Shown here in pieces: positions 28,581-37,042 of a DNA stretch of 64,000 nucleotides. The position numbers and the translations under genes are program-made. The notes beneath the pieces are model-generated. The model did not search any database, was not told the origin of the DNA, and saw only the letters and a program-made list of their open reading frames with translations. Source of the stretch: Candidatus Avispirillum sp. (lineage in GTDB: Bacteria; Bacillota; Clostridia; Oscillospirales; CAG-272); contig JAZQUP010000019.1 in assembly GCA_045631345.1 (NCBI GenBank), positions 18,739 through 82,738 on the forward strand, read 5' to 3'. Each line of letters opens with the position of its first letter. Position 1 is the first letter of the stretch.

Positions 28581-28918
28581 TGTATTCAAGAAAAACAAGA
28601 GAAGAATACGGGGATTATGTAATAACACCGCCGCCCGGATATGACGGAAGCCGTTTCGGAAGCAGAAGCGATGGAAGAGATGATTCCTTTCCGCCTTATA
28701 ACAACCGAAACCGTATTTACTCTCCACAGTCTGTAGAAAGGGAAGAAGCAGAGGATAAAAAAATCTCAGAAGCTGATGAAAAATCGCTCTTTCCTTTTTT
28801 AAAAAAAGGAATAGGGCAGGAGGAATTGCTCCTCATTGCCCTGTTGCTTGTGCTTGTGGGGGAGAAAAATGTTTCTCCCGAAATCGTTCTTATTCTGGCG
28901 CTTCTTCTTTGTATATAG
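28580..28918 (+). CDS. hypothetical protein with C-terminal TM helix (third of three coupled ORFs)
   Basis: 112 aa. The ATG overlaps the previous TGA (TGATG). The N-terminus is Pro/Arg/Asp-rich and the C-terminus is hydrophobic (ELLLIALLLVLVG...LILALLLCI). Confidence 0.5.
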   Translation: MYSRKTREEYGDYVITPPPGYDGSRFGSRSDGRDDSFPPYNNRNRIYSPQSVEREEAEDKKISEADEKSLFPFLKKGIGQEELLLIALLLVLVGEKNVSPEIVLILALLLCI

Positions 28919-29855
28919 CGATCATATTCTGTAATATATTATCAAGCATATGATCAAGATGCTTAAATGGATCGTTGCTTTTAAAGTCAATATATTCAGA
29001 GGGGAAATTAAATGAAGCTGTAAACGCAACACAGCCTTTATCTGCAGAAATGCAAAGCTGACAGCCACAGCTTTGAGCTATATATTGGCACATATCGCTC
29101 CTGAGCTTATATGAAGGAAAAATATTTTCAAGCATATCCGTTTCATCAGAGAAGCAATCAGTTCCCGTATCAATTGTTAAGCGTATGTCAAAAGAGTTGC
29201 CGATATTTGAAAAGCCAATTTCTGCCTTTTCATTGTGGTAAATCTCATCTGCTAAAAAAGCAATTGATGTGAACAGGCTGAGAAATGATGATAGCCCGCA
29301 ATTGCAGAAGCAGAGGTTATTTGATATGGCTTTTTCATTCAGCTTAATCTTCAAGCCATTTGGAAGTGCACCTTCAGTATTCAAATGTTTAGCTAAGCGT
29401 GTAACCGCTGCTTTTGCATCAAATATGGAATCATCAACGCCGGAAACGGATTTGTTACCTTGCTCTGAAAGTAACGAATTTATGATTTGCATAATATCTG
29501 CATTGGTTGTTCCTGAATAATCAGGAGTGTAGCATTCTGCTTCTCTTATACTTTTATTAAACGTAACCATAGCATAACTGCAATAACCAACTCTGCCGGG
29601 AACAATACATAGGTATGGATAGTCCGGAATAAGTTTTGCCGCAGCAATAAAGGGCTGCGGCTTTTTACTGTTCATTGCTATTTCAAATTGCAATCTGTTC
29701 TTATGCGACAAATATTCTGTGATATTTTTGCCGTAAAGAGATTCATCAGATATATGTCCTGCATTTTCGTTCATTAAAACAACAAATCCGTTGCTGTTGC
29801 AGATAAATGCAGGATTGCTTTGTGGTAGAGAACAAATTAATGAATTGGTTTTCAT
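28890..29855 (-). CDS. hypothetical cytoplasmic Cys-rich protein
   Basis: 321 aa. It has no signal peptide and no recognised family. It is the last gene of the prsA-like operon, and its 3' end overlaps the convergent ORF 28580..28918 by 29 nt. Confidence 0.5.
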   Translation of the reverse strand: MKTNSLICSLPQSNPAFICNSNGFVVLMNENAGHISDESLYGKNITEYLSHKNRLQFEIAMNSKKPQPFIAAAKLIPDYPYLCIVPGRVGYCSYAMVTFNKSIREAECYTPDYSGTTNADIMQIINSLLSEQGNKSVSGVDDSIFDAKAAVTRLAKHLNTEGALPNGLKIKLNEKAISNNLCFCNCGLSSFLSLFTSIAFLADEIYHNEKAEIGFSNIGNSFDIRLTIDTGTDCFSDETDMLENIFPSYKLRSDMCQYIAQSCGCQLCISADKGCVAFTASFNFPSEYIDFKSNDPFKHLDHMLDNILQNMIAIYKEEAPE

Positions 29856-29860
29856 AGCTA

Positions 29861-30841
29861 TTATTTATTTGAGGTTGTTTCGTTGTCAGTTGTTTCGGGC
29901 TCTGCAGGAGGAATGGGGGAGACATACTGTATTGCTGATATTCCGTTTTCGTGCAGAAGAGCGGCTATGTCAGTTGACTCTCCTGTTACAAGGGGACGGA
30001 GCATATAAGCGCTGAAGCTTCCAGATATTTTTTCGCAAAGCTCCTGTGCTACGGTTATATCCGATCCTGTTATATCAATTGTGAGAAATTCAACGTAAGA
30101 AAACAGCTTTTCTATCTGATATGAATTTCTTGCATAGGTATATGCAGAGGGGGATAGAGCAAGGGATATATGAGCATTTTCAGTGCTTGCTCTGATATTT
30201 TTGATATATTTAATGCAGTTTGTAATTTCTCCGCCATTTTCTGTCAGCAGATTTTCAAGTCCGCTGATGATGATCTCATCAAATCCTATAGCAGCCAATT
30301 CGGCGCAGATCATTGCGTCAAGAACGTCATCATTACTTTTTATAAATATAGCAGACGCTATCATTTTTTTTGTATGTGCGTAAGAAACAGCTTCTGTTAT
30401 AGTTTCCAAAGATATGATGCTTTCGCTGGCGGGAAGGCGAGAATATTCTTCAATTGCTTTTGATGCATAGGTGAGGCGCTGGTTTTCAAAAGCTGAGAAG
30501 GAGATAGCATTAAAGCCTTCGTTGCGAAGAGCGTCAATGTGCTTATATATTTCTTTTGTATCAGTCAGCTGAGAAATCTGAAGGCTTCCTGCTTTAACTT
30601 CCGCTTTGCCCTCAGGATGCTTAGCATCACCGTTTTCTATGCCGTTAGATGTGCTATCACTATTGTATGCCTGTGTTTCAATAGGCTCACGATTAATATC
30701 GGCATTTTCCATTTGCTTTTTTAAATTATTTCCTACAATGAGTGCGAAGCAGAAAATAATTATGGCGCAAACTCCGAAAAACAAAATTCGTTTAGGAAGC
30801 TTGTATTTTTTAGCAGTATAGCTTCTGTAGCGTTTTTTCAC
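29861..30841 (-). CDS. hypothetical membrane-anchored protein with extracytoplasmic alpha/beta domain
   Basis: 326 aa. It has a basic N-terminus, one TM helix (ILFFGVCAIIIFCFALIVG) and a Pro/Glu/Thr tail. The start overlaps the upstream gene's stop by 4 nt. Confidence 0.55.
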   Translation of the reverse strand: MKKRYRSYTAKKYKLPKRILFFGVCAIIIFCFALIVGNNLKKQMENADINREPIETQAYNSDSTSNGIENGDAKHPEGKAEVKAGSLQISQLTDTKEIYKHIDALRNEGFNAISFSAFENQRLTYASKAIEEYSRLPASESIISLETITEAVSYAHTKKMIASAIFIKSNDDVLDAMICAELAAIGFDEIIISGLENLLTENGGEITNCIKYIKNIRASTENAHISLALSPSAYTYARNSYQIEKLFSYVEFLTIDITGSDITVAQELCEKISGSFSAYMLRPLVTGESTDIAALLHENGISAIQYVSPIPPAEPETTDNETTSNK

Positions 30842-31899
30842 TTGAGGTCAGCCTCCCAGCTCATATCTTTAATAGAAATGGAATCGTAAAGCTCAGTTGT
30901 TGTGATTTCAAATTCAGAGGCTCTTTTTTCAACAGCCAGAGAATATTGAGCTTCTGTATATTTATCCTTCAGCTCATCAAAATGCTTTTCAATATAGCTG
31001 TCTTCCTTTTCGCATCTCATAAAAACGCTGTAGCCCTGTTCACTTTCAATAACCTCGCTGATTTCTCCGATTTCAAGAGCAAAAACAGCATCGTTATTAA
31101 CATCGTCCCAGTAGCCCTCGCAGATATAATATCCGTCCTTGTTTCCGAACATCTGGAAGGATTCTCCGTATTCAGCCACAAGGCTGTCAAAGTCTTCGCC
31201 TGCCTTTGCTTTTGAAAGAGCAAGCTCTGCTATAGCCTTAGCTTCTTCATCTGTATGGGACTCTTCAGGGATATAAACAGTTCCGTCGTGAACAGTGTTA
31301 CTGTTTTCGCCAACAACCAGAATTTGCTTGATGCGAATAAATCCGTCGCCATAGATAAATTCCTTCAGGTATTCTTCATCTGCATTGATGGCGCCGTCGT
31401 TCATCATCTTATAGTAGAGCTCGTCAGAGCAGATAGCATTTGTCTGAAGTATCTCATAAGTGCTGTGATTCATAAAGCCTTCGCTGAGAGCATTAACATA
31501 ATCTCTCTGGTTTTCATATCCGTTTCTGGTTGCTTCAAGCTCTGCTTCAACTGCAGCATCAACTGCGGGGTTTTCTCTATCAACTCCAAATTCTGTTGCG
31601 AGAGAGAAAACAGCATAGAAATCACGGAGAGAGCTTTCAACGAGCTGCTTGATCTCATTTGTCATTTCTTCAGCTTTCTTTTCATCATTCCAGTCTTCTT
31701 CCTTGTCCTGAACCTGAAGCTTGTAGTTGAGTACAAGGTATCTGTAAAGCTCATAAGGAACCTCGTATTCTCCAACCTTGAGAACAGTTTCCTTTTCGTC
31801 CTTAGTTGAGTTAAGGCTTCCTGCGCAGGATGCAAGAGAAGTGCATATCATAAAGCAGCAAAGCGCCGCTGAAATAATTTTAACGATCAGTTTTTTCAA
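30838..31899 (-). CDS. PrsA/SurA-like parvulin-type peptidyl-prolyl isomerase lipoprotein
   Basis: 353 aa. Lipobox LASC, a SurA_N-like N-terminal region (VGEYEVPYELYRY), and a PpiC-like C-terminal region (IRIKQILV...EIGEISEVIESEQGYSVFM). Confidence 0.8.
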   Translation of the reverse strand: MKKLIVKIISAALCCFMICTSLASCAGSLNSTKDEKETVLKVGEYEVPYELYRYLVLNYKLQVQDKEEDWNDEKKAEEMTNEIKQLVESSLRDFYAVFSLATEFGVDRENPAVDAAVEAELEATRNGYENQRDYVNALSEGFMNHSTYEILQTNAICSDELYYKMMNDGAINADEEYLKEFIYGDGFIRIKQILVVGENSNTVHDGTVYIPEESHTDEEAKAIAELALSKAKAGEDFDSLVAEYGESFQMFGNKDGYYICEGYWDDVNNDAVFALEIGEISEVIESEQGYSVFMRCEKEDSYIEKHFDELKDKYTEAQYSLAVEKRASEFEITTTELYDSISIKDMSWEADLK

Positions 31900-32004
31900 A
31901 TCAAAAACCGCCTTTCTGTATGTTAAAAATAATTATATCATTTTTAAATGAATATTTTATGAACTACAGTAAAAATCAGCGGATTTATTTCAATATAAGG
32001 ACCA

Positions 32005-32048
32005 ATATTATAAAAGGATCCTGCGCTTTTAAGTGCAGGATCCTTTGG
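32005..32048 (-). terminator. intrinsic terminator after valS
   Basis: 12-bp stem AAAGGATCCTGC/GCAGGATCCTTT (32013-32046), followed on the minus strand by TTTTATAAT. Confidence 0.75.
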
Positions 32049-32052
32049 ATAA

Positions 32053-34755
32053 TTACTTATTAAGAGCAGCGAGAGCTTCGATGATGCCCGCCTTACGAGC
32101 TTCATATTTAGCAAGCTTTTCACGTTCTGCATTAACTACAGCTTCAGGAGCACGAGCTGTGAAGCTTTCGTTTGCAAGCTTTCCGCTTGCTCTCTTGATT
32201 TCAGCTTCCATTGTTGCAAGCTCGCCTTCAAGGCGCTTTCTTTCAGCCTCAAAGTCAACCATATCAGCCATTGGGATATAGATTGTTGCGCTGTCTGTGA
32301 TGATCTGAACTGCGCCGTCTTCACCGAATGCATCAACAACCTGAACCTCAGAAGCAGAAGCCAGGCGCATAAAGAATGCAAAGCAGGAGGATGCGAATGC
32401 ATCTGTATCCTTTGTTACGATATAAACTTTAGCCTTACGTGAGGGAGGAACGTTCATTTCTGCGCGGCGTGTACGGATAGCACGAATGGCATCGATAACC
32501 TTATCCATATTTGCAGCATCTGCAAAGCTGAGGCTTTCGTTTGCCTTGGGATAGGGCTGGATCATGATGCTTTCGTTTGTTCCGGGAAGTCCGCTGTAGA
32601 TCTCCTCTGTGATGAAGGGCATAAAGGGATGGAGAAGCTTGAGAGTTTCTCTGAGAACATAAGCAAGTGTGTTCTGAGTAACCTTTGCTCTTTCCTTATC
32701 TTCGCCTGTGAGAGAAGCCTTTGCAAGTTCAATGTACCAGTCGCAATATTCATCCCAGATGAAGTTATAGAGAGTGGAAAGTGCAACGCCGATCTCAAAG
32801 CTTTCAAGATTTGTGTTAACGCTTTCAACTGCTGCGTTAAAGTGAGAAAGGATCCACTTATCTTCGGGAGCGAGAACGCTTTCATCAGGAAGCTCAATGC
32901 TTTCAATATCAAGGTTCATCATAACGAATCTTGCAGCGTTCCAAAGCTTATTAGCGAAGTTACGAGCGGCTTCGATCTTTTCATCGGAGAAGCGCATATC
33001 GTTTCCGGGGCTGTTACCTGTTGCAAGAGCATAACGGAGAGCATCAGCGCCGTATTTGTCAATGATTTCAAGGGGGTCAATACCATTGCCGAGAGACTTG
33101 GACATCTTGCGTCCCTGAGCATCACGAACAAGACCATGGATAAGAACTGTATCAAAGGGAGCCTTACCTGTGTATTCAAGTCCGGAGAAGATCATTCTGG
33201 AAACCCAGAATGTGATAATATCGTATCCTGTAACGAGAGTGTTTGTAGGATAGAAGTAGTCAAGATCCTCTGTGTTGTTAGGCCAACCCATTGTGGAGAA
33301 GGGCCAGAGAGCAGAGGAGAACCATGTGTCAAGAGTGTCAGGGTCCTGAACCATTGCGCCGCCGCACTTAGGGCACTTGCAGGGAGCTTCAAGAGAAACA
33401 ACAGTTTCGCCGCATGTTTCGTTTTCGCAGTAGTATGCAGGAATTCTGTGACCCCACCAGAGCTGACGGGAAATACACCAGTCTCTGATGTTTTCCATCC
33501 AGTGGAAGTAGTTCTTTTCGAAGCGTTCGGGGACGAACTTGATCTCGCCGCTGTGAACAACATCAATAGCAGGCTTTGCAAGAGGTTCCATTTTAACGAA
33601 CCACTGCTTGGAGATCATGGGCTCGATTGTGTGGTGGCAACGATAGCATGTACCAACGTTATGAGCAAGAGGCTCGATCTCCTTAAGAAGACCTGCAGCC
33701 TCAAGGTCTGCAAGGATAGCCTTACGAGCTTCTTTTGTTGTCATTCCGGCGTATTTGCCGCAGTCAAGAACTTCGGGCTCGCCAACAGCAGCAGCTCCGC
33801 TTGCAATAAGCTTATCAGCTGCAGCCTTATCCTCAGCGCCTGTCATTTTTCCGTCGTATGTGAACACACGAACAAGGGGAAGATTATGGCGCTGGCCAAC
33901 TTCATAGTCGTTGGGGTCGTGTGCGGGAGTGATTTTAACAACACCGGTACCCTTTGTCATGTCAGCGTGCTCGTCGCAAACGATGGGGATCTCCTTATTG
34001 ATGAGAGGAAGGAGAACATGGCAACCGTGAAGGTGCGCATATCTGGGGTCTTCTGCGTTGATAGCAACAGCTGTATCACCCAGCATTGTTTCGGGACGAG
34101 TTGTTGCAAGCTCAAGCATTTCGCCTGTTTCCTTAACAGGATAGAGCAGGTGATAGAAATTGCCCTGCTGATCCTCATATTCAACCTCTGCATCGGAGAT
34201 AGATGTCATACAAGTGGAGCACCAGTTTACCATACGGTTACCACGGTAAATGAGGCCCTTGTCGTAAAGCTTCATAAATACTGTCTGAACAGCCTCGCTG
34301 CAGCCTTCATCAAGAGTGAAGCGTTCACGAGTCCAGTCGCAGGAAGAGCCGAGCTTTTTAAGCTGCTCAATAATTCTGCCGCCGTATTTAGCCTTCCAGT
34401 CCCAAGCTCGTGTGAGGAAGCCGTCACGTCCGATATCATCCTTTGTAACGCCTTCGTTTCTCATTGCTTCAACGATCTTAGCTTCTGTTGCAATGGAAGC
34501 GTGGTCTGTACCGGGAAGCCACAGAGTGGAAAATCCGCACATTCTCTTATATCTTACAAGAATATCCTGCAGAGTGTTATCAAGAGCGTGGCCCATATGG
34601 AGCTGACCTGTGATGTTTGGAGGGGGAATAACGATTGAATAGTGGGGCTTAGAGCGGTCTACTTTAGCAGTGAAATGACCGTCTTCGCACCATTTTGAAT
34701 AAATTCTTTCCTCAAAATCCTGAGGAGAATAGGTCTTTGGTAATTCTCTTTTCAT
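32053..34755 (-). CDS. valS: valine--tRNA ligase
   Basis: 900 aa. HIGH region PNITGQLHMGHAL, KMSKS motif KMSKSLGN and a C-terminal coiled coil. It is preceded by a Val T-box. Confidence 0.97.
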   Translation of the reverse strand: MKRELPKTYSPQDFEERIYSKWCEDGHFTAKVDRSKPHYSIVIPPPNITGQLHMGHALDNTLQDILVRYKRMCGFSTLWLPGTDHASIATEAKIVEAMRNEGVTKDDIGRDGFLTRAWDWKAKYGGRIIEQLKKLGSSCDWTRERFTLDEGCSEAVQTVFMKLYDKGLIYRGNRMVNWCSTCMTSISDAEVEYEDQQGNFYHLLYPVKETGEMLELATTRPETMLGDTAVAINAEDPRYAHLHGCHVLLPLINKEIPIVCDEHADMTKGTGVVKITPAHDPNDYEVGQRHNLPLVRVFTYDGKMTGAEDKAAADKLIASGAAAVGEPEVLDCGKYAGMTTKEARKAILADLEAAGLLKEIEPLAHNVGTCYRCHHTIEPMISKQWFVKMEPLAKPAIDVVHSGEIKFVPERFEKNYFHWMENIRDWCISRQLWWGHRIPAYYCENETCGETVVSLEAPCKCPKCGGAMVQDPDTLDTWFSSALWPFSTMGWPNNTEDLDYFYPTNTLVTGYDIITFWVSRMIFSGLEYTGKAPFDTVLIHGLVRDAQGRKMSKSLGNGIDPLEIIDKYGADALRYALATGNSPGNDMRFSDEKIEAARNFANKLWNAARFVMMNLDIESIELPDESVLAPEDKWILSHFNAAVESVNTNLESFEIGVALSTLYNFIWDEYCDWYIELAKASLTGEDKERAKVTQNTLAYVLRETLKLLHPFMPFITEEIYSGLPGTNESIMIQPYPKANESLSFADAANMDKVIDAIRAIRTRRAEMNVPPSRKAKVYIVTKDTDAFASSCFAFFMRLASASEVQVVDAFGEDGAVQIITDSATIYIPMADMVDFEAERKRLEGELATMEAEIKRASGKLANESFTARAPEAVVNAEREKLAKYEARKAGIIEALAALNK

Positions 34756-34794
34756 TTCTTTCTCCTGTATATTTAGCTGAACTATTTACTTAGC

Positions 34795-34870
34795 GTTTTT
34801 ATCGACCTTTTAAAAAGTCGCATTTTTATGGCAGTGCCCCAGACTGTTCGTCGCAACGAGCGAAATCTTT
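34795..34870. repeat. hairpin-array intergenic element (copy C), homologous to the 5' part of copy D
   Basis: TTTTTATCGACCTTTT is identical to 60962-60977. A hand alignment to 60962-61040 gives about 58 matches over about 80 columns. Hairpins: CGAC-N-GTCG and GGCA-G-TGCC. Confidence 0.6.
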
Positions 34871-34875
34871 TTTTA

Positions 34876-35116
34876 AACATAAAAAAGCGTCCTGACTAAA
34901 AAGTCAGGACGCTGAATTTCGCGCGGTACCACCTGAATTCGTTTATAAAAAAACGCACTCAAAATCCAATAACGGAGATCACCCGTTGCTCCCTACACAG
35001 CCAAAGCCTTCAAAAGCAAAGCTCAGAGACTACTTCACCTGCCGCCGACACAGCGCTTCCACCATCCGCTGCTCTCTATAGCCTTAAAAGCAGACTACTC
35101 CTTCCCATCGTAGCCA
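34876..35116 (-). promoter_or_regulatory. T-box riboswitch leader (valine specifier) of valS
   Basis: Minus-strand RNA contains the T-box sequence AAUUCAGGUGGUACCGCGCG (34940-34921). The terminator is AGCGUCCUGAC-UUUUUA-GUCAGGACGCU followed by a U-run (34913-34881). The stem I S-turn is AGUA, and the specifier-loop GAA-GUA-G places GUA (Val) at 35033-35031. Confidence 0.85.
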
Positions 35117-35122
35117 GGAGAT

Positions 35123-35151
35123 ATGTTAACACATTTCCACCTTTTTGTCAA
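35123..35151 (-). promoter_or_regulatory. sigma-A-type promoter (TTGACA-17-TAACAT) of the valS T-box leader
   Basis: On the minus strand, TTGACA = 35151-35146 and TAACAT = 35128-35123. Confidence 0.6.
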
Positions 35152-35204
35152 GGGGATATCTTGTCCTTATCCTTTGGACTGTGCGCCAAAGTTGTTTAAA
35201 AATG

Positions 35205-35254
35205 GATTATAAAAGGATAGTGGGAGAAGCCTTGAAGAAGGCTTCTCCCACTAA
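35205..35254 (-). terminator. intrinsic terminator after ppiB
   Basis: 13-bp stem AGTGGGAGAAGCC/GGCTTCTCCCACT (35219-35252), followed on the minus strand by a short U-rich tract. Confidence 0.7.
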
Positions 35255-35260
35255 AAATAA

Positions 35261-35746
35261 TTACTCTTCAATAACTTCAACTGTCATCATCTTCTGATCA
35301 CGAAGAGGCTTATCCATCATATTTGTTCTAACCATTGCGATGTCGTCAACAGTTTCCATACCTTCAATAACACGGCCAAAAGCAGCGTACTGACCATCAA
35401 GGAATGTTGCGTCAGCGTGGCAGATGAAGAACTGGCTGGATGCGGAGTTGGGCATCTGGCTTCTTGCCATGGAGATAACTCCACGCTCGTGAGAAAGGTT
35501 GTTTTCAACGCCGTTGAGCTTAAATTCGCCCTTGATTGTCTTATCGCTTCCGCCAAAGCCGGAGCCCAGGGGGTCTCCGCCCTGAATCATAAAGCCTGCG
35601 ATAACACGGTGGAAAATGAGACCGTTGTAAAAGCCCTCTTTAACGAGAGAAACGAAGTTTTCAACTGTGATGGGAGCGATTTCGGGGTAAAGCTCCAGAG
35701 TGATAGCGTCGCCGCTTTCCATTGTAATTTTAACTTTTGTTGCCAT
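35261..35746 (-). CDS. ppiB: cyclophilin-type peptidyl-prolyl cis-trans isomerase (cytoplasmic)
   Basis: 161 aa. FHRVIAGFMIQGGDP and SMARSQMPNSASSQFFI. Confidence 0.95.
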   Translation of the reverse strand: MATKVKITMESGDAITLELYPEIAPITVENFVSLVKEGFYNGLIFHRVIAGFMIQGGDPLGSGFGGSDKTIKGEFKLNGVENNLSHERGVISMARSQMPNSASSQFFICHADATFLDGQYAAFGRVIEGMETVDDIAMVRTNMMDKPLRDQKMMTVEVIEE

Positions 35747-35759
35747 TTTTATTTTCTCC

Positions 35760-36884
35760 TTAGTCTATAACCTTAATATATTCAATAACTACCTTTTCTT
35801 CGGGATAGTCACTGTCGTCTGTTTCAACTGTTGCGATCTTATCAACAACATCAAGGCCCTCTGTAACATAGCCGAATGCGGCATAGTTTCCGTCAAGATA
35901 TGTTGAGTCAGCGTGGCAGATAAAGAACTGGCTTGATGCAGAGTTATAGTCGGAGCTTCTTGCCATAGAAATAACACCACGCTTATGTGAGATTGTGTTG
36001 TTCACATAGTTGGCTGCAAATTCGCCCTTGATTGTCTGATCACTTCCGCCTGTGCCTGTTCCTCTGGGGTCGCCGCCCTGGATCATAAAGTTTTCAATAA
36101 TACGGTGGAATGTGAGCCCATCGTAAAAGCCCTCTTCAACGAGAGAAACGAAGTTTTCAACTGTGATGGGAGCCTGCTTGTGATCAAGAGTGAGCTTGAT
36201 TATGCCGAAGTCCTTAACTGACATTTCAACATTGATGCTATCGCCTCTGCCCCAATCGGCACGTGTTTCTTCTGTTGTGTCTATGCTTTCGATATTATCT
36301 GCTCCATATACGAGCTTTGCATATTCAATAACAACCTTTTCTGTAGGAGCATCGTTTGAATCTGTTGCAACAGTTGCAATGCTGTCTACAACCTCAAGAC
36401 CTTCAACAACACGACCGAATGCAGCATACTGACCGTCAAGATGTGCGGATTTAGCGTGGCAAATAAAGAACTGGCTTGATGCAGAGTCGCAAGCCTGGCT
36501 TCTTGCCATAGAGATTACTCCACGATCGTGAGCGAGATTGTTTTCAACACCGTTTGCTGAAAATTCACCCTTGATATTCTTGTCGCTTCCGCCTGCGCCT
36601 GTTCCCTCAGGATCGCCGCCCTGAATCATAAAGTTTTCAATGATGCGGTGGAATGTGAGTCCGTCATAGAAGCCTTCTGAAACAAGAGTTGCAAAATTGT
36701 GAACTGTGATGGGAGCAACATCGGGGTAAAGCTCAATAGTCATAAGACCATGGCCTTTAACTACCATTTCAACGTAGATGTTGTCCTCTTCATAAGAAGT
36801 GTATGTTGCTTTATAGGTTTTGCCGCAGCCTGTGATGCTAAGGAGCATAATCGCTGCAAGCAAAAGAGCAATAAATCTTTTCAT
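35760..36884 (-). CDS. lipoprotein with two tandem cyclophilin-type PPIase domains
   Basis: The ORF track gives 35760..36929. The ATG at 36884 (MKRFIALLLAAIMLLSITGCGK, lipobox) follows GAGAGG. There are two full cyclophilin domains, each with FHRIIENFMIQGGDP. Confidence 0.9.
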   Translation of the reverse strand: MKRFIALLLAAIMLLSITGCGKTYKATYTSYEEDNIYVEMVVKGHGLMTIELYPDVAPITVHNFATLVSEGFYDGLTFHRIIENFMIQGGDPEGTGAGGSDKNIKGEFSANGVENNLAHDRGVISMARSQACDSASSQFFICHAKSAHLDGQYAAFGRVVEGLEVVDSIATVATDSNDAPTEKVVIEYAKLVYGADNIESIDTTEETRADWGRGDSINVEMSVKDFGIIKLTLDHKQAPITVENFVSLVEEGFYDGLTFHRIIENFMIQGGDPRGTGTGGSDQTIKGEFAANYVNNTISHKRGVISMARSSDYNSASSQFFICHADSTYLDGNYAAFGYVTEGLDVVDKIATVETDDSDYPEEKVVIEYIKVID

Positions 36885-37042
36885 TTGATAAACCTCTCTT
36901 TTTTTCATAACAGAACAATTATACAACAATCAAGCAAATATGTAAACATCTTTTTCCGCTTAATTTGTAAATAAACAGTTTTATTCAGGATAATAATTAT
37001 AGTGTGATTTTATTATAAAGCATTAGTTAAAGGAATTTTGCA

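Noticed and set aside
32629-34638. 669-aa ORF on the plus strand as a real protein-coding gene
   Set aside because: It lies entirely antisense to valS in the codon-aligned frame. The product is Cys/Phe/Val/Asn-rich and low complexity, there is no RBS, and no family resemblance. Avoidance of TTA, CTA and TCA codons in valS explains it.
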